IMG/VR virus record: IMGVR_UViG_3300000229_000001
Span: 1-28,021 of that record
DNA: 28,021 nucleotides
Strand: one strand, 5' to 3'
Source: a virus
Part shown: in pieces, positions 9,271-16,746 of the stretch
Numbering within the stretch: the stretch's first letter is position 1
How the letters are laid out: every line of letters starts with the position of its first letter
Notes under the pieces: model-generated
Database searches by the model: none
What the model was told of the DNA's origin: nothing
The model's input: the letters and a program-made list of their open reading frames with translations, nothing else
Translations under genes and position numbers: made by a program

Positions 9271-9457
9271 ACCATATCATAAAATCCTTATGCCATATTC
9301 TCCTCCTCACAGATGCACAGAAGCACTCCCTAGGTTGCGCCCCTTCATATTTTATCCTTATCTTTAGCATTGCCACACATGAGTGCTTAGAGTACCTGAT
9401 ATTTTCAGGTAATAACTCTATCTCATCTATTAGTTTTATCTCAGCTTCTGTAAACAT
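9242..9457 (-). CDS. hypothetical protein (71 aa)
   Basis: ORF in the co-directional gene chain. No motif recognised. Confidence 0.4.
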   Translation of the reverse strand: MFTEAEIKLIDEIELLPENIRYSKHSCVAMLKIRIKYEGAQPRECFCASVRRRIWHKDFMIWYEKALRSVH

Positions 9458-9684
9458 TCATCTAAAATATAAGCAAGTAGTGCAGCCTGACAAGCAAGTA
9501 TAAAATCAAAGGTAAAAATTATAGTAAGCCAAAAAGCCACACATTTAATACAGCCTAATGCAGAGTGTATATGTATGGCTATTGTGCTACTTGGTCTATA
9601 CTTAAATAAGTAATCAAAGGTTGCTTGTAATGGCTCAAAATTAACAAACCACCACGCTAATGGTACAAGAGCTAGTAATATCAT
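9436..9684 (-). CDS. small membrane protein, DUF1360-like
   Basis: 82 aa with hydrophobic helices. The GCIKCVAFWLTIIF segment resembles the CxxC-W motif of DUF1360 membrane proteins. Confidence 0.45.
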   Translation of the reverse strand: MILLALVPLAWWFVNFEPLQATFDYLFKYRPSSTIAIHIHSALGCIKCVAFWLTIIFTFDFILACQAALLAYILDECLQKLR

Positions 9685-9688
9685 AGCT

Positions 9689-9696
9689 CAAATATA
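9689..9696 (-). promoter_or_regulatory. TATATTTG box (TAnnTTTG type), weak candidate promoter
   Basis: Plus-strand CAAATATA in the 21-nt gap 9685-9705, only 4 nt upstream of the ATG at 9684. This 8-mer is expected a few times by chance in an AT-rich genome. Confidence 0.25.
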
Positions 9697-9705
9697 GTAA
9701 ATAAA

Positions 9706-9948
9706 TTAGAAAGGCAGATCATCATCACTATCGTCCACCTTCAAAGGTATCTCTGTTAGCACTGGTCTCACGTATGGCTCACTAAATGATGCACTAAAAT
9801 ATTTCATGCCTGACTGTGAGGTCTTAAGCCATAGAGCTACCTCCATGTCTTTACCATTAACGTTTACCTTCCCTTTGTAGTCCGGGTGACTCTCTGAGGT
9901 TTTCTTATCATTTTTAAAGATAGCACCTGAATTATTCTTTGTTTCCAT
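9706..9948 (-). CDS. DUF736-like small protein with SSB-type acidic C-terminal tip (DDDLPF)
   Basis: 80 aa. The core HPDYKGKVNVNGKDMEVALWLKTSQSGMKYFSASFSEP resembles the DUF736 pattern PDY+G...W.K...G..Y.S. The protein ends DDSDDDLPF, like the bacterial SSB tip (DDDIPF in E. coli). Confidence 0.6.
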   Translation of the reverse strand: METKNNSGAIFKNDKKTSESHPDYKGKVNVNGKDMEVALWLKTSQSGMKYFSASFSEPYVRPVLTEIPLKVDDSDDDLPF

Positions 9949-9950
9949 TG

Positions 9951-10046
9951 TTAATTATTATTAATTATTGTTAATAAATACATTATAAAGCAGTACCACC
10001 CCCACACAATCGCAGGGGCTAATACTATTGATAGTAGGATAATCAT
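9951..10046 (-). CDS. possible 31-aa hydrophobic peptide
   Basis: MIILLSIVLAPAIVWGWYCFIMYLLTIINNN. Its ATG overlaps the upstream stop as ATGA (10043-10046). Very short, so weakly supported. Confidence 0.2.
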   Translation of the reverse strand: MIILLSIVLAPAIVWGWYCFIMYLLTIINNN

Positions 10047-10222
10047 AATCTTCTCTCTTTAACGATAGGTATCTCTTCTCCATATACCCTACCTGTAATC
10101 TCTTCTGCATACTTTATGGCTTCTTTGGCTATATACTTAGCTGATACTCCTGCACCGTTTGTTATAAGTGCTTGCATGGCTAATAGGATCGCCTCCTCTT
10201 TAAACTCTTCTCGTGATTTCAT
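10043..10222 (-). CDS. hypothetical protein (59 aa), below the ORF-track cutoff
   Basis: Hand translation: MKSREEFKEEAILLAMQALITNGAGVSAKYIAKEAIKYAEEITGRVYGEEIPIVKERRL. It has ATGA junctions at both ends (10219-10222 and 10043-10046). Confidence 0.4.
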   Translation of the reverse strand: MKSREEFKEEAILLAMQALITNGAGVSAKYIAKEAIKYAEEITGRVYGEEIPIVKERRL

Positions 10223-10890
10223 AGTTGTGTTATTAATTGGTTAAAATACTCCCTGCACTGTTCTACCCTCACTTTTATCTGTTCTATCACCTCCTCATCT
10301 CTTTGTATAGTAAATACCTTTACTCTCTTAGCATCAGGGATATTATCAAAGTTGTGCTGGTTCTGCACCTGGTCTCTTAAATCCAGGCTCTCCTCCATTA
10401 GTCCTAGCTTATAGTGGGCGCTCTTAACCTCCTGCTCTACTATTGCATGGGGTGTATTGGTTAGGCAATAACATAACAGACTTTCTGTTTTTCCTGTTAG
10501 CCACATATACCCTTGAAGCTGGTAGTAATAATCTTTATTAGGGCATTCAGTTTCAAACCAAGGAAAAGTGCTACCACTCCATGAATTTTTAACATCTATT
10601 AGCACCTGATCTGTAATTACATCAGGCGTTCCTGTTATCCAATCATTACTATATTGCTCCTCATTCTTAAACAGGAAGCCCTTATCTACCTGTTCCATTA
10701 CAAAACTCAGGCACATATCCTCACACTCATTGCCCTTATCAGTATATTTAGAGCTAAATTCTTTTCTTATCCCATAAACGTGTGCCAAGGCTAATCCTTG
10801 AATAAACGTTTTGGTTGTTTGTGATAGTACCTCCCCTTTAGTTTTTGGGGAAGTCATTACCTTACCTATAGCACTACATCTTATTTTCAT
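10219..10890 (-). CDS. YqaJ/lambda-Exo-like PD-(D/E)xK recombination exonuclease
   Basis: TGTPDVITDQVLIDVKNSW (D...D-x-K core) and YYYQLQGYMWLTG, both typical of YqaJ-type phage exonucleases. ATGA-coupled to the ERF gene. Confidence 0.75.
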   Translation of the reverse strand: MKIRCSAIGKVMTSPKTKGEVLSQTTKTFIQGLALAHVYGIRKEFSSKYTDKGNECEDMCLSFVMEQVDKGFLFKNEEQYSNDWITGTPDVITDQVLIDVKNSWSGSTFPWFETECPNKDYYYQLQGYMWLTGKTESLLCYCLTNTPHAIVEQEVKSAHYKLGLMEESLDLRDQVQNQHNFDNIPDAKRVKVFTIQRDEEVIEQIKVRVEQCREYFNQLITQL

Positions 10891-11438
10891 ATTACAGGTA
10901 TTAATAGGAGTGAATTTATCTGCACTTCTGTAAGGTCAAAGCTTTCCTTTAATTTTTCTACTGTGTACTTTCCATCTGCTATAGCTTTCACTGCCTCAGT
11001 AAATCTTTTATTATCCATTTTAGGCTTTGCAGTAGAAGCCACGTGTCCATCATCATCAGTTGCTTGCAAAGTTAGTAAGCTCTGTATAGTGTATCGCCTA
11101 AAATAAGAAATTTGGCTACCCTGCTTCTGTGCATCTAAGCTAAGGTCCAAAGTCATGCAGCTAGAGATACTAAAGCCAGTGTATATGCATACTATCTGAG
11201 TACATACGCTACCGCCTTCTATTGGCTGTAATAAAAGCAGATCATGCTGTAATAAAATAGGTTCAACGGTCTCTAAGATAGAATTAATATCTGCATAAGA
11301 CTTTTTGAAGTGTGGATTAGTAGCGTTCTTATGTACTTTTCCGATTAGTTGTTTAGCTTTGTGAAGCCTCACATAGAAGGGAGCAGGCTGCTGCTCAACC
11401 TCCTTAGGCTTTACAGCCCTTGTAGTTGTTTTTTCCAT
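10887..11438 (-). CDS. ERF-family single-strand annealing protein
   Basis: NPHFKKSYADINSILETVEPILLQHDL, then QGSQISYFRRYTIQSLL and ATDDDG, matching the ERF pattern NP.F.s.YA.L...Gs..tY.RRY....DDD. Confidence 0.8.
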   Translation of the reverse strand: MEKTTTRAVKPKEVEQQPAPFYVRLHKAKQLIGKVHKNATNPHFKKSYADINSILETVEPILLQHDLLLLQPIEGGSVCTQIVCIYTGFSISSCMTLDLSLDAQKQGSQISYFRRYTIQSLLTLQATDDDGHVASTAKPKMDNKRFTEAVKAIADGKYTVEKLKESFDLTEVQINSLLLIPVI

Positions 11439-11459
11439 TGGTTAGTTATTAATTATTTA

Positions 11460-11467
11460 CAAATATA
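11460..11467 (-). promoter_or_regulatory. GTATATTTG box (TAnnTTTG type), candidate promoter for the ERF/exonuclease block
   Basis: Plus-strand CAAATATA in the 114-nt AT-rich gap 11439-11552, 21 nt upstream of the ERF ATG. It shares the extended AAATATAC core with the boxes at 15020 and 17608. Confidence 0.45.
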
Positions 11468-11552
11468 CTACTTATTAATCTATTTTAACACTATTATTTA
11501 AAATAATTTCTCTTAGCTTATTACTTACCTAATGTAGGATTGCTTTTAATAA

Positions 11553-12038
11553 TTATTTGTTGTTATAGTTTTGGCAAAAGTTATCGTACCAAATCACGAA
11601 ATCATCAAAGGTTTTAGTAATTATATACAAGCCTCCTGCATCTTCTATCATTTGTTGGTATTTTTTCTGCACTTCACTCTGCTTATCCTTACCTATCTTT
11701 ACCTCTATCTTTACAGAACGGCCGTAAATAGTAGCAGATATATCTGCGGATCCAGGAGTTCCTGTTCCCTTAGTCCACTGCCCTGCTGTTTTAGTGCCAT
11801 CAGTTCTATAACTTTGCCTAAATACTCCCATTGTATTTATCCTTTCAGCTTGGTGCTGTGAGAAGTTCAAGAAGTCTTTTACACATTTAGTTAGTCCATT
11901 AGCTGTAGCATCTGAGTACTTAGTAAATGGGATAATGTGCCCTGGTGCTGATGGGTACCTGTAGGACATGTACTTTCCTTCTAAGTCCTTAATTCGTTGT
12001 TTGTTTTCTTTTGTCATTAAAAGCATTTTTATATTCAT
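11553..12038 (-). CDS. VRR-NUC-type PD-(D/E)xK nuclease (resolvase-like)
   Basis: GTPGSADISATIYGRSVKIEVKIGKDKQSEVQKKYQQMIEDAGGLYIITKTFDDF fits the VRR-NUC pattern G.pD...iE.K....s..Q......G. The start is uncertain: alternative Met at 12017 or 11969, and the latter removes the 50-nt overlap with the upstream gene. Confidence 0.65.
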   Translation of the reverse strand: MNIKMLLMTKENKQRIKDLEGKYMSYRYPSAPGHIIPFTKYSDATANGLTKCVKDFLNFSQHQAERINTMGVFRQSYRTDGTKTAGQWTKGTGTPGSADISATIYGRSVKIEVKIGKDKQSEVQKKYQQMIEDAGGLYIITKTFDDFVIWYDNFCQNYNNK

Positions 12039-12678
12039 TATTTAATTCTATCCATTCTTTACTGTAATCTCTACCTCTTTCAGCTTGTTGTAATCTATAA
12101 GTAAGGCTCGATATTGGCATTTCACTCTTGTAAATTCTTTCTGCAAGCTCTCTGTCTTTTTCATTTGCTTCGCATAAATATAAGAATTGAGTTCCGATAT
12201 ATTGCTTATAATTATCTTTTCGTTTTCCATAAGTTAGTTCTATAGTTGGTATTTTATACTGTTTAATTTTTATTATATCTTTAGCATCTTTAGCATGTGT
12301 TATATTTACCTCCACTATGCACATTATCTCACCATCACTATCTAAAAATAAGCAATCAGGTCTCATAGAGTAATCAGGTATCTTTGTTTTTATGTATCTA
12401 GCAGCCTCAGCTTCTAGCAATACCTTATCACATGTAATTATTAAATTATCTACTTGCACTGTTTTTTTCTCTTTTAAGTATTTTTGACAGTCTTTATGAA
12501 AAATTATATTAACATCAATATCCTCACCTCTTTTAGTTTTGTAGTGTTTTTTATATTTTTCTCCATGTGCGACTATAATTTCATACTCTTTCTCTTCATA
12601 CCTAAAATAATATGTAATACCTTTAACAGCATCATCAATATGTATGCTATTACCATCTATATCCTCAGCGTATGTCAT
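11989..12678 (-). CDS. CoiA-like PD-(D/E)xK nuclease (tentative)
   Basis: 229 aa. SMRPDCLFLDSDGEIMCIVEVNITHAKD...KIKQYKIPTIEL parallels the CoiA nuclease core (RpDv...iEiQ.S.is...R..Y). Very AT-rich. ATGA-coupled to the primase-helicase stop. Confidence 0.4.
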   Translation of the reverse strand: MTYAEDIDGNSIHIDDAVKGITYYFRYEEKEYEIIVAHGEKYKKHYKTKRGEDIDVNIIFHKDCQKYLKEKKTVQVDNLIITCDKVLLEAEAARYIKTKIPDYSMRPDCLFLDSDGEIMCIVEVNITHAKDAKDIIKIKQYKIPTIELTYGKRKDNYKQYIGTQFLYLCEANEKDRELAERIYKSEMPISSLTYRLQQAERGRDYSKEWIELNNEYKNAFNDKRKQTTN

Positions 12679-14999
12679 ATTTTAGTAATTTTAAAGTATC
12701 TCCCTCCTGCACTTCTACCCTTCTCTAAATTGTATTTCTTAAACTTGCAGTACTCATTAATCATACGTAGATAAGTCTGAGCATTAAGATCGGCCCATCC
12801 CCCTGTGTAAGTCTGAAAGTCCTGAATGGAAGAATTGTTATAGTGTACCACATCTATGGTTACGTTACCCTCTATAACATAATCATAAAATTCCTTATTT
12901 GTAGCTGAGATTAAGCGTTTATCATCTGCATTAATAGCTTTTGATTTAACTAAGCCCATCGATAGGAATTTCTGAAGGTTACTGATCATATAGTTATCAA
13001 AGATTAACCAGTCTAATATAGTCCAGTGATCAAATAACAATCTACCATACTCATCTAGTGGGCTCCTATGAGCATTAAAGTACTGATTAAATTCTATCTC
13101 ATGCCTTCTCCTATCATGGCTACCACCTGCACCACTTATCACATAGTTGGTAGTGATTACTATTTTGGGTGATCGTTCAAATGGGATAAAAATCTCATCT
13201 TTATTTTTTCTATTCACTGTTATTCCTTCTGAGATTAAACTAAATAACTGCTCAAAATCAAAGTTCTTTTTTACATCATCAAAGGCTAGGATCTGACTAT
13301 CTAAATTCACTCTCTGATATACGAAATCACTCTTTTGTGGGTTAAAGCTCTTACCATCTATTTTTACTATATTTCTAATCTTACCTATAGCAGTTAGCAC
13401 TAAGCTCTTACCACTACCTCCATTAGGATTATCATCTATCTCCTGATCATTAAAAATTATTGCCTTCTGATCTGTTTTGTCTTTGTATGTATGCAGTAAA
13501 TATCCTAGTGTAGTCTCTAAAGCATCTACCCTCCGCTCATCATCTGCAGATACTTTGGATACAAAGCTCTTAAAATCATTTTGTATGGTCTTAGTTAGCT
13601 TGTAGTTCCTGTCTATTATTTGCCTATCCCATATATACCCATCAATATCTATATACGGTACTATATCCACCTTATCCTTAGTAATCTTAACTACTCCATT
13701 ACGGTAAGGTATAAAGCTCACATCTTTAGTATCCTGTAACATCATTAACTCAATAGGATCTAGCATTGAAAGGTGCCCATCTGTAAAGAGGTAGGGTGAT
13801 TTACTGCAATAGTTCCATACATCCACCTGCTTCTGCTTCATTAGGTGCCCTAGCACGAAATCCTTTATCTGATCTACTGAGCTGAGGTTTACTTTATTCT
13901 CTACCACCCTAACAAATGTAGATCTCTCTGCTCTTTCAGGGTAGTATTTTTGAAATCCGTATTTATTGAGGAAGTCTCTATACTTCATCGGATCCACAGA
14001 GATTACTTTCTTATCACTAATGGTCCAAAATGTATCCTCACTATTAGCTACCTCTTTTTTCACATCCTCTATCACATCAGGCTTAATATCTAATTGCTTA
14101 GATATATCACCAGGTGTAATTCCTTCCTTTAGTTTAGATTTAACCTTTAAGATAGTTTCTTTATCCTCAAAGTACTTTGTACCTTTATCCGCTCTTTTGT
14201 AAGCAGATCCTACACAGGTATTAATTTCGATTTGAGAAAAGCTTTTATCACTAAATTGGTGCATGTATAGCTTAGCCGTATTTTCACTTATACCATACTC
14301 AGCAAAACAGCTAGCAACTTTAAATACCCAATTATTTCTACCATTAGATATATCTCCATGGTTAAACTTCATTATATTCTCAATAATATTACCTTCATTA
14401 GTCATTGGCAGCACTGGCACCCTTTCAAATGAGCTATGCCCTTTCTCCTCTTCTATAAGAGTAAATACCTCAGCATCTAAATTGATATAAGCATTAGGAT
14501 CATAGCTTTCAAAACATACCCTGCTAACATTACAGCTAGATGCATCAAAGTAATCACTATTAAAAAACTCCTGAAACGCTTTAAACCTTCTCTTGTGTGT
14601 GAATTTATCAGATGCTGGTATCTTAATCACACATTTTAAACCTTTACCTGATGGTGATACAAATATCATAAAGACATAAGGGCATTCAATTAGTCTATCC
14701 TTCTCAGCTTTCATTTCTTTACTGCTAGGATAATCATCAAAATCTAATATACAAAGGCCTGAGTGCTCAATAAGGCCATTATCATTTCTTTCATTAAAGG
14801 TGCCATTAAACATGATAGCTCTAAGGCTGTTTTTTAGGTTGCTGTAGGTAGGATTTTCCTCCTCCATCCCTCTAAGGGTAGTAATTTTTTCTATTAATTC
14901 AGGGTACCCTTCCTTAATTCTATTGTACACATCCACCACATCCTGAGTGTAGGGCGTTTCTTTAGAATTGAAGAGAGATTTAAAGACTGATATATTCAT
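12675..14999 (-). CDS. primase-helicase (BT4734/VirE-N-type primase-like domain plus SF3/D5-like P-loop NTPase)
   Basis: N-terminus: LRAIMFNGTF...HSGLCILDFDD...FVSPSGKGLKCVIKI...SRVCFESYDPNAYIN. C-terminal half: Walker A NPNGGSGKS and Walker B ILAFDDV. Confidence 0.85.
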   Translation of the reverse strand: MNISVFKSLFNSKETPYTQDVVDVYNRIKEGYPELIEKITTLRGMEEENPTYSNLKNSLRAIMFNGTFNERNDNGLIEHSGLCILDFDDYPSSKEMKAEKDRLIECPYVFMIFVSPSGKGLKCVIKIPASDKFTHKRRFKAFQEFFNSDYFDASSCNVSRVCFESYDPNAYINLDAEVFTLIEEEKGHSSFERVPVLPMTNEGNIIENIMKFNHGDISNGRNNWVFKVASCFAEYGISENTAKLYMHQFSDKSFSQIEINTCVGSAYKRADKGTKYFEDKETILKVKSKLKEGITPGDISKQLDIKPDVIEDVKKEVANSEDTFWTISDKKVISVDPMKYRDFLNKYGFQKYYPERAERSTFVRVVENKVNLSSVDQIKDFVLGHLMKQKQVDVWNYCSKSPYLFTDGHLSMLDPIELMMLQDTKDVSFIPYRNGVVKITKDKVDIVPYIDIDGYIWDRQIIDRNYKLTKTIQNDFKSFVSKVSADDERRVDALETTLGYLLHTYKDKTDQKAIIFNDQEIDDNPNGGSGKSLVLTAIGKIRNIVKIDGKSFNPQKSDFVYQRVNLDSQILAFDDVKKNFDFEQLFSLISEGITVNRKNKDEIFIPFERSPKIVITTNYVISGAGGSHDRRRHEIEFNQYFNAHRSPLDEYGRLLFDHWTILDWLIFDNYMISNLQKFLSMGLVKSKAINADDKRLISATNKEFYDYVIEGNVTIDVVHYNNSSIQDFQTYTGGWADLNAQTYLRMINEYCKFKKYNLEKGRSAGGRYFKITKI

Positions 15000-15019
15000 A
15001 TTTAGGTTAGTTTAGGCAG

Positions 15020-15027
15020 TAAATATA
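15020..15027 (-). promoter_or_regulatory. GTATATTTA box (near TAnnTTTG), candidate primase-helicase promoter
   Basis: Plus-strand TAAATATA, 20 nt upstream of the ATG at 14999. It shares the AAATATAC core with the boxes at 11460 and 17608. Confidence 0.4.
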
Positions 15028-15044
15028 CTAAATTATTCATAATT

Positions 15045-15234
15045 GTGACAAGTTTAGGTTATTTTATGACAAGTTTATGACAAGTTTATGACAAGTTTTT
15101 TTTAGTAAGAACCGCACTGCTATTAAGTATTAGAGGTTTTATGACAAGATGACGAGAAATAAAACGAAAAAAAATATTTGAATTTTCAAATGTTTTCCAA
15201 CCTCCCCTAATAAGAGGATTTGTCATATCGTCAT
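15045..15234. repeat. iteron array, TGAC(A/G)A core x8 (candidate replication origin/operator)
   Basis: TGACAAGTTT at 15046. Three perfect tandem 11-bp units ATGACAAGTTT at 15066-15076, 15077-15087 and 15088-15098. ATGACAAG plus ATGACGAG at 15141-15156. Two inverted copies within TTGTCATATCGTCA at 15220-15233. An A/T-rich tract lies at 15157-15200. Confidence 0.6.
15176..15191. promoter_or_regulatory. perfect inverted repeat ATTTGAA-TT-TTCAAAT
   Basis: Read directly. It lies inside the A/T-rich part of the 15000-15237 intergenic region and could be a protein binding site. Confidence 0.35.
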
Positions 15235-15237
15235 TTT

Positions 15238-15600
15238 TTAGTAGTAGTTGCATCTTATCTGCTCTTTTAATTTCTCTAATTTATCAATAGTGTAGCACTC
15301 CAATACGCGCTGTTTAAGTGGCTTGTAGTATTGTGGGAGCACAAACTGCTCTCTGAGCTCTTTAGTATGCAGCATATAAGCATGATCTTTTTGCTTTGTG
15401 TAGATATTATGCTTAGTCATTCCGTTGATAACTGTTGCATGGCTCTGATTAAACAGCCTACCTATTTGTGATAAGGTCATTCCGTCTTTTTGTAGTACAT
15501 GATACAAGTAATACCTCCGATATAGCACAGGCATAAACCTGCACTTATCTTTAAGGTCAAATTTGTCTATAATGTACTGCACTTCTTCTAATCTAGTCAT
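15238..15600 (-). CDS. DnaA-domain-IV-like HTH DNA-binding protein (candidate origin-binding protein)
   Basis: CRFMPVLYRRYYLYHVLQKDGMTLSQIGRLFNQSHATVINGMTK parallels the DnaA C-terminal domain (R..a.Rq.amyL...l...SL.eIG..Fg.rdHtTVlha..k). Its stop is 4 nt from the iteron array. Confidence 0.6.
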   Translation of the reverse strand: MTRLEEVQYIIDKFDLKDKCRFMPVLYRRYYLYHVLQKDGMTLSQIGRLFNQSHATVINGMTKHNIYTKQKDHAYMLHTKELREQFVLPQYYKPLKQRVLECYTIDKLEKLKEQIRCNYY

Positions 15601-15839
15601 GATAATAGCTTAGGGTTTACTGATTTGAATAACTCACTTTGACTATCTACTAATCCTACTGCATTAATGTAATCTATCTCTACTTTAGCACTGGCTATAA
15701 TAGAAGTACTGAGCTGAGCTATTGCTTTAGCTTTATCCACTTCATTAGCGACCTGCTCAGTTGTTAATCCCTCATCAGATAATCTTTCTAATGCCATGAA
15801 AATATGATCCCTTAGATCACTTAGTTTGTTGTTTGCCAT
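15597..15839 (-). CDS. hypothetical protein (80 aa)
   Basis: Helical ORF, ATGA-coupled to the downstream gene. No family recognised. Confidence 0.45.
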   Translation of the reverse strand: MANNKLSDLRDHIFMALERLSDEGLTTEQVANEVDKAKAIAQLSTSIIASAKVEIDYINAVGLVDSQSELFKSVNPKLLS

Positions 15840-16437
15840 TTGTTTTTGCTTTTAGTTTATTGTTTAATTTAATTAAGTCCCTAACCTCTGCAGGGTACCT
15901 GTGTATGCTGTTCATTATTGCTACTTCTCCCCTTGTCTTTAACTGCAAATTGCTTAGTTCACAGTTCAAGTAGTTCCTATCTATAAAATTGACTACAGAT
16001 CCTTTTGGTATTTCTCCATTTACCTGAGTCCATATATATCTATGCAGGAGCTCCCAATGGCTATCTTTAATTTTGATATATTGGTACAATCTACCCTGTG
16101 TATCTGCTCTCACATTAATAGTGCCTTTGGGTTTAGTGTTATGAGGCTTATGCCCTTGTTTAAACATTGACTTTTTCACCTTCTCATAAGTTTCTGTAGG
16201 CATCTTTTTACCTTTGTTATAAGGTGTGTGCCCTGGCTTAAATTGAAAAGACTCACCATTTCGTATCCCTTTCTGATACCTACTACTTGCTGCAGTCTTA
16301 AGGTAGTTTATGTCCTTATGTATCTTATATATCCATGCAATATTGTACACTTTTGATATTTTCACCCCTAAGTCTTTAGCTATTACGGCTGTGCTTTCAA
16401 ATGGATATCTTTTAATTACTTCTGCTTTGATACTCAT
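15817..16437 (-). CDS. HNH_3-like endonuclease-fold protein, catalytic His apparently replaced
   Basis: HRYIWTQVNGEIPKGSVVNFIDRNYLNCELSNLQL aligns with the HNH_3 pattern HR.vwe..G.iP.G..VdHiDgn..NN...NL. The His of the dHiD step is Phe here (NFID). Upstream are repeated GH.P.N.KxKG motifs and an N-terminal HTH-like segment. Confidence 0.65.
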   Translation of the reverse strand: MSIKAEVIKRYPFESTAVIAKDLGVKISKVYNIAWIYKIHKDINYLKTAASSRYQKGIRNGESFQFKPGHTPYNKGKKMPTETYEKVKKSMFKQGHKPHNTKPKGTINVRADTQGRLYQYIKIKDSHWELLHRYIWTQVNGEIPKGSVVNFIDRNYLNCELSNLQLKTRGEVAIMNSIHRYPAEVRDLIKLNNKLKAKTNGKQQTK

Positions 16438-16604
16438 AACTCCTCTACTATATAACCATTATCAATATACCACTGGGGTGTATCTACTTGCTCATCTGTG
16501 TAGATGAAATCATGCAGATTACCATCTTTACCAAGGTAGCACTCCCACCATGAGCCGCCTTCAGGCTCTACGTTATCCTCTAGCCATACTCTATATTTTT
16601 TCAT
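16434..16604 (-). CDS. hypothetical protein (56 aa), below the ORF-track cutoff
   Basis: Hand translation: MKKYRVWLEDNVEPEGGSWWECYLGKDGNLHDFIYTDEQVDTPQWYIDNGYIVEEL. Its TGA overlaps the HNH-like ATG (ATGA at 16434-16437). Confidence 0.4.
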   Translation of the reverse strand: MKKYRVWLEDNVEPEGGSWWECYLGKDGNLHDFIYTDEQVDTPQWYIDNGYIVEEL

Positions 16605-16746
16605 ACTGTTCAACTTTTAAAATTAGTTTTGGCCACATAGCCATTTTCATTATTGCATGGTCTCTATCTATTGCTTCTAGTATTCTGATGGCAATTCGTT
16701 TTTTTCCGTTTTCAAAATAGTTGTAAGTTACTTTATATCTATTCAT
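16591..16746 (-). CDS. hypothetical protein (51 aa), below the ORF-track cutoff
   Basis: Hand translation: MNRYKVTYNYFENGKKRIAIRILEAIDRDHAIMKMAMWPKLILKVEQYEKI. It fills the gap between neighbours, with short overlaps at both ends. Confidence 0.3.
   Translation of the reverse strand: MNRYKVTYNYFENGKKRIAIRILEAIDRDHAIMKMAMWPKLILKVEQYEKI

Noticed and set aside
9990-10020. A CCCC...GGGG hairpin (plus strand CCACCCCCACACAATCGCAGGGGC) that looked like a terminator after the 59-aa ORF.
   Set aside because: It has no U-run. It also lies inside a possible ATGA-coupled 31-aa hydrophobic ORF, where it encodes the APAIVWGW region. The evidence for a terminator is insufficient.
15045-15098. Tandem repeats that might suggest a CRISPR array or minisatellite.
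   Set aside because: The units are 11 bp, directly abutting with no spacers, and there are additional dispersed and inverted copies. This is iteron or operator geometry, not CRISPR.
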